From positions 5,376,001 to 5,440,000 of the forward strand of contig CBDCTK010000002.1 in assembly GCA_965222225.1 (NCBI GenBank): a stretch of DNA of 64,000 nucleotides. The letters run 5' to 3'. The notes below the pieces were generated by a model. The model was not told the DNA's origin. It did no database searches and saw only the letters and a list, made by a program, of their open reading frames with translations. Origin of the DNA: Candidatus Poribacteria bacterium. Lineage in GTDB: Bacteria > Poribacteria > WGA-4E > JAJDTR01. This document shows positions 63,256-64,000 of the stretch, piece by piece. A program made the translations under genes and the position numbers. Positions within the stretch are counted from its first letter, which is position 1; each line of letters starts with the position of its first letter.

Positions 63256-64000
63256 ATGAACGACCTGACCAAAGAATTGGAACAACTCCTATTAGACCAA
63301 ATCGAAGGCGAAGTACGATTCGATCCCTATTCCAAAGTGCTGTATAGCACGGATGCAAGCCTGTATCAGATTGAACCTATTGGCGTCGTTGTACCAAAGC
63401 ACAAAGCGGATGTCCTTGCGGTAATCAAGATTGCCTATGAACGAAATGTGCCAATCCTACCACGTGGCGGGGGAACGAGCTTGGCGGGCCAGACCGTAGG
63501 AGAAGCAATCATCATCGACATGTCCAAATACATGAATGAAATCATTGAGGTCAATGTCGAGGAAAGATGGGCGAGGGTCCAACCGGGAGTCGTGGTCGAT
63601 AATTTGAATCACCATCTCGAACCGCACGGTTTGATGTATCCATTGGACGTGGCGACGAGCAGTCGAGCGAACGTGGGCGGTACAATCGGTAACAACTCAG
63701 CCGGATCACACTCCCTCATCTATGGCAAGACCATCGACCACGTCATGTCGCTTGACCTTGTGCTTCCTAACGGCGAGGAAATCATCGCAGAGCCAATGTC
63801 GGATGAAGAACTTGCGATGAAACAGGCGGGAAACTCACACGAGGCGCACATCTACCGAGAAATTTGCAGAATCGCGGCGGAAAATGAAGTCGAGATTCGG
63901 GAACGCTATCCACGCATTCTGAGGCGTGTTGCGGGATATAATCTGGATGAATACGTCCCGGATGCGGGGACGAAAGAAGTCACCCCTTACCGCCGTGATG
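63256..64000 (+). CDS. FAD-binding oxidoreductase (GlcD/D-lactate dehydrogenase-like), partial
   Basis: LYSTDASLY.IEP.GVV.P, PRGGGTSLAGQ, VQPGVV, GGTIGNNSAG, RRVAGYNLD; runs off the window end. Confidence 0.92.
   Translation, partial: MNDLTKELEQLLLDQIEGEVRFDPYSKVLYSTDASLYQIEPIGVVVPKHKADVLAVIKIAYERNVPILPRGGGTSLAGQTVGEAIIIDMSKYMNEIIEVNVEERWARVQPGVVVDNLNHHLEPHGLMYPLDVATSSRANVGGTIGNNSAGSHSLIYGKTIDHVMSLDLVLPNGEEIIAEPMSDEELAMKQAGNSHEAHIYREICRIAAENEVEIRERYPRILRRVAGYNLDEYVPDAGTKEVTPYRRD

Overview
Bacterial chromosomal window. It is plausibly Candidatus Poribacteria; this is inferred from the LLQNYPNPFNxETWIP C-terminal domain, PhyH and sulfatase-maturase genes, and outer-membrane proteins beside a Firmicutes-like ylxM-ffh-rpsP-khpA-ylqD-trmD-rplS cluster. 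It holds about 45 housekeeping and metabolic genes (trpB, thrC, scpAB, msrA, rnhB, ffh cluster, Lhr helicase, peptidases, oxidoreductases), about nine pseudogenes, and an IS1595 remnant next to a decayed type II R-M pair. No rRNA, tRNA or CRISPR was seen. The main signal is intergenic. About 30 loci carry a ~37-nt unit, G|ATCAA-[NN GA NN GRAYA NN GA NN]-GCGATAG-(7-9 nt tail such as AGATCCC). Its 17-nt core varies in sequence but keeps base-pairing through compensatory changes. The unit appears to insert after a G with loss of about 2 target nucleotides and no target duplication. It lands in GTAG-type REP palindromes and in earlier copies of itself, giving nested arrays up to ~190 nt, and 29 of 30 loci lie on one strand. 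No cognate enzyme is encoded in the window. A second oddity is a ~70-aa module found in frame in two unrelated proteins, the tRNA nucleotidyltransferase and a multihaem cytochrome c.
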